Origin: an uncultured Nitrososphaerales archaeon | Lineage (GTDB): Archaea > Thermoproteota > Nitrososphaeria > Nitrososphaerales > Nitrososphaeraceae | Length of the DNA: 64,000 bases | Assembly (NCBI GenBank): GCA_963713605.1 | Contig: CAVQMO010000010.1 | Location: 1 to 64,000 of the forward strand | Direction of reading: 5' to 3' | In this document: positions 58,976 through 64,000 of the stretch, piece after piece | Numbering within the stretch: the first letter of the stretch is position 1 | How the letters are laid out: the number at the start of each line of letters is the position of its first letter | Position numbers and translations under genes: made by a program | The notes under the pieces: generated by a model | What the model saw: only the letters and a program-made list of their open reading frames with translations | Told to the model about the DNA's origin: nothing | The model's database searches: none

Positions 58976-59258
58976 TACAATTACATTAGAATCTAATAAA
59001 GATGTCGAAGTAAGTAGTAACTGCTTAAAAAACTCCGGAGACTACAACAATACTGAAACTAAGAATGAAATAGAATGGCTTTGTGAGACATGCTTGGCTA
59101 CATGTACGTTTTGTTCACATCATTTGATTGACCATACAAGGAATGATGACCCACAACAAAGACTCTATTCAATTAGAGGCTGTAGATGGAGCTATTTTAT
59201 ACCATATAGGGTGAGGAAGACAAAATCGAAGAAGGAATGGGATAACGGTGAACTTTGA
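58962..59258 (+). CDS. Small Zn-binding MGE protein
   Basis: CETC, CTFCSH...H; ATG overlapping the previous stop region. Confidence 0.4.
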   Translation: MKVNNTITLESNKDVEVSSNCLKNSGDYNNTETKNEIEWLCETCLATCTFCSHHLIDHTRNDDPQQRLYSIRGCRWSYFIPYRVRKTKSKKEWDNGEL

Positions 59259-61891
59259 TGAATGACTTTAAATCGTCATCATCATTATTTTCTGATTCAG
59301 AGAACTTCAATAACAATGGGTTCCATCCACTACCCATTGTAGGAAAGGAGCCTCTGAAAGGTTCAGGCAAGTGGACTGACAAAAAAGGCACCATCGCAGA
59401 TCAGATGTATCTGCAAAAATACTTCGGCGACATACAGAGTGTAAAGCGAGTAGCGATCCTGCTTGATAGTATCAAGATAGGCTTTGCTATAGATATAGAT
59501 GGGGCTATAGCCCTAGATATATTTCAGAAGAAGGTAGTCCCCAGATTATCAGAAGGGCTGCAGAATAAGATTGACACAACTACACATACAAGAACAGCTA
59601 ATGGAGGATATCACTGGCTATTTGAGATCCTTCGTCAAGACTTTCCTAAAGGCTTGACTCAGGGGACATACTGGACCCCCATACAAAATAGTCATGCTGA
59701 GATCAAGATAATCGGGTCAAACCAATATCTTATAGAAAGAGGTGATGGATATGAACCGATCAGAGGTATAGAATCTTTAGTCGCGTTGTCACAACAAGAA
59801 GTTAATGAGTTTCTTAGTATATTAGATCACTTCAGCAAAGAAACTCAGGCTATAAGGAAGGTTGGAAGCAAATTGGTAGGTACCTATAGACCGCCTAATA
59901 GACAGAGTGTTGCTTTAAGGGCATCTGGATACTTGTATAAACATCACGGAGTTCCACAGCAACTAACCTTTGATCTGATAGAATATTTAATAGAAGCTAC
60001 TGCCGATGACGAACCGCAAATGAGACACCAAGCAGTCAGAGATACCTACTCTAAAGATGCAAATACTGATCAGGTGTCTGGATATACTAAATTTCTGGAA
60101 GCAGTCAATGGTGACGAATCTGTTATCCAATTAATACAGAAGGAGTATGGTAGACTTGGTTATCATTCCAGTTATAATGGAAGCAGAGACGATAGAACGG
60201 CCTGCCGCTTTTCCAATAATGCAGCCGACAACACAACAGCGAAAGAAAAAACAAAAAATAGAGTATATCCAAAAATATTCCATATCAGAAGCAGTAATAG
60301 CAGAGGCTATAATCATAGGAGAGAAGGCTTTCTTTGCTATCGCAGATTTCACAGATCGTAATGAAGTGAAAATAACGCTAGAGAAACAAATTGAACTTGA
60401 CGATGATAGAAAAACTGTTTTAAAACCATTAGACTTGATATCCTATATTAATAAACCGTATCGTTTCAAATCAGAAGACGAATTTTGGGCAAATATTGAG
60501 AAAGCGAAGCAGGAAACACTTGATTCGTTATACATGAAGACAAAAGTAATCTGGAAGAAATTCGTAGACGCTGACAGCTTCCATATTAGCATCTGTAGTG
60601 CTGATACAATCTTTACCCATAAACAGGATAGAGTTGGAACAACACATTACCTATTCTTTATTGGCGATAATGATACAGGTAAATCCGCAGGACTAACAAT
60701 CTTAGAGTTCCTGGCGTACCGAAACATATCCAGTATGGGTATGACTTATGCTAACATCTATCAGTATCTAGGCTCCAGGGATGAAGGTGTCGGCACGATT
60801 TGTGAGGACGAGGCTGATAATATAGATCATGACACTGATAAGATGCGACTATACAAGTCGGGATACGTCAAGGGAAAGGTTGTGCCTAAAACGGATACAT
60901 CTTATGGCCGTACTCAGTACAAATTTAATGCCTATTGTTTCAAGGCATTTGCTGCTGAAGCATTACCTGACCCAGTGATTGCTAAAGGATTTCTTCAGAG
61001 GATCGTAGAATTAAAGTGTGTTCCAGGTTATCCTGACTATGAATATCAGAGGTTGTTGATCCAGGAGATGATGAGGAACTTCAATCGCGGTTAGACGAAC
61101 TAATCGAAGTAAGAAATGTACTGTTCTGTTATCTTCGATTGCTACACTATAAGGATAAAATCCCAAACATTAAACTCAACATAAGAAACAGAGAGAAGCA
61201 ACTATTCAAGCCAGTATTAAGGGTATTTTATGGATCGAAGACATTCGATGAGCTTCTACCAGTCATAAGCAGATATGTAACTCAGAAGAGAGAGGCCAAA
61301 GTCGACTCATATCATGCGTTTCTATTTCAACTGATCAAGCATAAGATAGTAGAGAACAAAAGTGCGATATTACTATCAAAAGATATCTGGGAAGCCTTCA
61401 AGGAGAAGGTGGATTGGAAGCCGATACCACACAGGCCACAATCTATAGACACTGTAGAGTTCGGGGTGAAATCACAGAAAGAACTCAATCAAACTCTGAG
61501 GGATGTATTTGGAGCCAAGCCATCAAAAAGACATGATGAAGGCAGAGGGTTGGTTTTTGATTTAGATGTGCTGAACAAAATGAGTAGGACATATGAAGTT
61601 GAAGTAGAGATTAAGGTCCAAGAAGGCGAAGCTAAAGATCGGACGCATGGGACACTTCGGACACATGTAGGGCTAACGCAGTATTTATCGGACCCTCAAG
61701 CCAGTACAGATAATACAGAAAATAACAGGTTAAATGATATAAATAGTACCGAACTGAATATAAACACCAAAAAATCTGAAACTGATAGCCCTTTAGATGA
61801 GTCTACAGTCCTCAATAAAGTGTCCGATGTGTCCGATGTGTCCGAGTCGTTCCAATCCTTCCCTAGCAGAGACAACCAGGTTACTCAATAA
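59255..61891 (+). CDS. Primase-polymerase (AEP) fused to ATPase/helicase-like and wHTH domains; frameshifted
   Basis: AIDIDG (DxD), RTANGGYH, then GDNDTGKS (Walker A) and ICEDEAD (Walker B). Confidence 0.75.
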
Positions 61892-61963
61892 CATTAACGA
61901 AGCGGCTAGGAAGTATGGACAGAATCGAGGGGAGCCACAGCCTAAAAAGGGAGGTGGATTAAC

Positions 61964-62200
61964 TTGAAATACAAAAATCCGAAAATAAAAGATCTACAGC
62001 AAAACTTGATAAAATTTAGCAAGCAGACCGGTTTATTAGAGTGTGAGTTAGACACGTTAGCTTTCTATAATGAAGAATACAGAGCTGGAACAGCAGAGAG
62101 CACTGAAAGATACGGGATCAACAATAAGCCAACAAGAAATGTCAAATCCAGAATTACGGATATACCGAAAATAAGGTACTCGGACGATTGGTCACAATGA
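61964..62200 (+). CDS. Hypothetical MGE protein
   Basis: ORF preceded by GGAGGTGG. Confidence 0.35.
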   Translation: MKYKNPKIKDLQQNLIKFSKQTGLLECELDTLAFYNEEYRAGTAESTERYGINNKPTRNVKSRITDIPKIRYSDDWSQ

Positions 62201-62311
62201 CAACACTGTCCATTCGCATTGATCCCATTGTGGACGAGATAATAGATAAAGAGCTACTAAATAGGCAGAGCGATGATCCTGATAATTGGAGTCAAAGAGA
62301 TTCTAGATTAG

Positions 62312-62827
62312 ATGGAATTCTCAAAGAGATGGAAATTGGGCGAGCTTAAGAAACAGATTCATAGTTTGTATAATGAATGTCTTACAGATTTTCTAAGAGA
62401 GAAACATGGCGTCCTGCATTTTATCCCCTGGAAGGACTATTTAGCATGCACTCTAAAAACAGCTGGTGTAGCAGTAGCAATAATTGATTACATGTTTCTC
62501 GAAAACAAATCAACAAAGGCAACTGCAATTTATCTGCACGCTAAGAAGTCATTAGACAAACAGGAGACATGTTGCATTTTTCCTGTAATAGAAAACAAAA
62601 TTACAGATATTACAGATCTTGTTGTTAAGCAATTGTGTTATTTGCACTTAGCAGAAGTAACGAGAGGGATGAAGTATAAGACACTGAAAGAAAGGACACA
62701 TAGCAAATGGATAGAATATGATGAATATGGATTAGTAAAACTCTTTGGACAAAGTATTGCGAGAGAATTACAATCTCAAGAATTAAAAATTAGAAATGAC
62801 TTTAGGATAATTGACACTGAAAATTAA
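62312..62827 (+). CDS. Hypothetical MGE protein
   Basis: 171-aa ORF co-oriented with the prim-pol operon. Confidence 0.45.
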   Translation: MEFSKRWKLGELKKQIHSLYNECLTDFLREKHGVLHFIPWKDYLACTLKTAGVAVAIIDYMFLENKSTKATAIYLHAKKSLDKQETCCIFPVIENKITDITDLVVKQLCYLHLAEVTRGMKYKTLKERTHSKWIEYDEYGLVKLFGQSIARELQSQELKIRNDFRIIDTEN

Positions 62828-63227
62828 GAGGTCATCTTCATCCGATTACCATGCTGATTTCGGTGCTCTGACAAATTCCTGCAACATAGTATTCTTGAAG
62901 CTGTTCTCTGGAGGAGAGCAGAAACACTTTCCTTTTATTCCTATTTTTGACACATAATGTCCCTTTAATTACTTGGATTTCACCAGGACCCCGTAGATAT
63001 TATGACAGAGCATTATGATACAACTATTTCTATCAGAACAAAGGAATAAGTAAATAATCTCATATGTATTATAAATGACCAAAAAGGTATCTTTATGTGA
63101 AGTATGAATCATGCTCATTTCAATAGCAGTCTGATGCAAGCAATCACAAGAAATATCACACCGATATCGCAAGATACCACATAATAGCAAAAGCTAAATC
63201 ATTCAAATTACAATTAAGATGGGAGCA

Positions 63228-63340
63228 ATGGATAAAAAGCAGAAAGAAGCTTCTGTCATAGCACTATCTGAAAAAGGGAGAACCTATAGAGAGATTACAA
63301 AAGAGACACAAGAAAATTGTCAGCTTAAAACAAGTCTTTA
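63228..63340 (+). pseudogene. HTH remnant similar to 970..1581
   Basis: MDKKQKEASVIALSEKGRTYREITKE, then homology is lost. Confidence 0.45.
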
Positions 63341-63569
63341 GTATCAAAAATTAATGACCTAGATGATGGTGCAACTTGAGAAATGTAATGAAGTGTTTCA
63401 TTTTCAGGAATCAATGGTCTTACTCCGTCAGAGATGTTTCTATAAAAGTCAATTACAGTCACTACAAGCACTAAGCAGCGAAGTGTAACCCATGTGAGTA
63501 GTCAAAAACGTAACCTATCTGGGTAAGTACAACAACTAGGATTATTATTCCTCTTCATTCCTGTCCCGC

Positions 63570-64000
63570 TTAATTATCGCCGTCGTCATCACCATCACCA
63601 TCACCATTATCATCCTCATCCTCACCCTGATCCTCATTCTCATCAGATACCTCCTCCTCTTCTTCTTGTTCAGGTACGACCTCTTCTGCAACAGGTGGAG
63701 CAGGAGGTGCAGGAAGTGGAGCTGGAGGAGGTGGAACTGCAGTGGGTGGAGCAGGAGGAGGAACTTCGCCAGTAGGCAATATTTTAAAGATCTTACCCTG
63801 TCCTAATGATACTACATACATATATCCGTCATATGGACTTATTTCAATATCCGTAATTCCACCAAATCCAGTTGCGAATAATGCAGAATCTGAACTAGAC
63901 TCTCCGTCTGTATCTGCTATCTTGTCATCTAAAGGGGGCTCAAGTACGAGTTCTGTCCTATCTTGATTAAGTTTAAAATGATACATATTTCCAGAATGGA
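63570..64000 (-). CDS. C-terminus of a PQQ-dependent glucose/sorbosone dehydrogenase-like protein with a Pro-rich and acidic tail (runs off the window)
   Basis: FATGFGGITDIEISPYDGYMYVVS propeller motif. Confidence 0.7.
   Translation of the reverse strand, partial: HSGNMYHFKLNQDRTELVLEPPLDDKIADTDGESSSDSALFATGFGGITDIEISPYDGYMYVVSLGQGKIFKILPTGEVPPPAPPTAVPPPPAPLPAPPAPPVAEEVVPEQEEEEEVSDENEDQGEDEDDNGDGDGDDDGDN

Noticed and set aside
1..64000. Widespread frameshifts as programmed frameshifting or mass pseudogenisation
   Set aside because: Single-base indels hit even well-conserved genes (nuoB, parB, methyltransferase) with little other decay, so uncorrected long-read error is the simpler explanation. 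Individual cases need polishing.

Overview
This window looks like a soil ammonia-oxidising archaeon (Nitrososphaeraceae-like). That is inferred from the thaumarchaeal-type NuoB, the AlaX-DHHA1 protein, a PQQ/GSDH gene and lineage-typical HTH and Zn-finger paralogs. Many genes carry 1-bp indels, so some apparent pseudogenes are probably long-read errors. Most of the window is accessory DNA. (1) 2.3-9.5 kb: a tandem family of surface proteins with a shared middle domain and swapped C-terminal domains. (2) 9.7-19.5 kb: an integrated element with a terminase-like pair, an ATPase/helicase, a Toprim protein and a tyrosine integrase. (3) alaX. (4) A second tyrosine integrase gene cut inside its catalytic motif (KKPWNPYI|RRHSAL) by a ~36 kb insert at 21581-57759. 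The insert is bounded by an 11-bp direct repeat and 24-bp inner inverted repeats and carries its own integrase beside the right junction. (5) The rest of the interrupted element: int C-half, RHH protein and primase-polymerase/ATPase. Cargo of the insert includes a DPPY methyltransferase, an orphan nuoB, an HNH-like protein, parB followed by a perfect 16-bp palindrome, a Cys-rich protein, a poly-gamma-glutamate hydrolase and an uncharacterised three-gene operon. That operon encodes a large acidic/cationic protein with YSPEA repeats, an HExxH metallopeptidase and a large helical protein. No rRNA, tRNA or CRISPR array was recognised.
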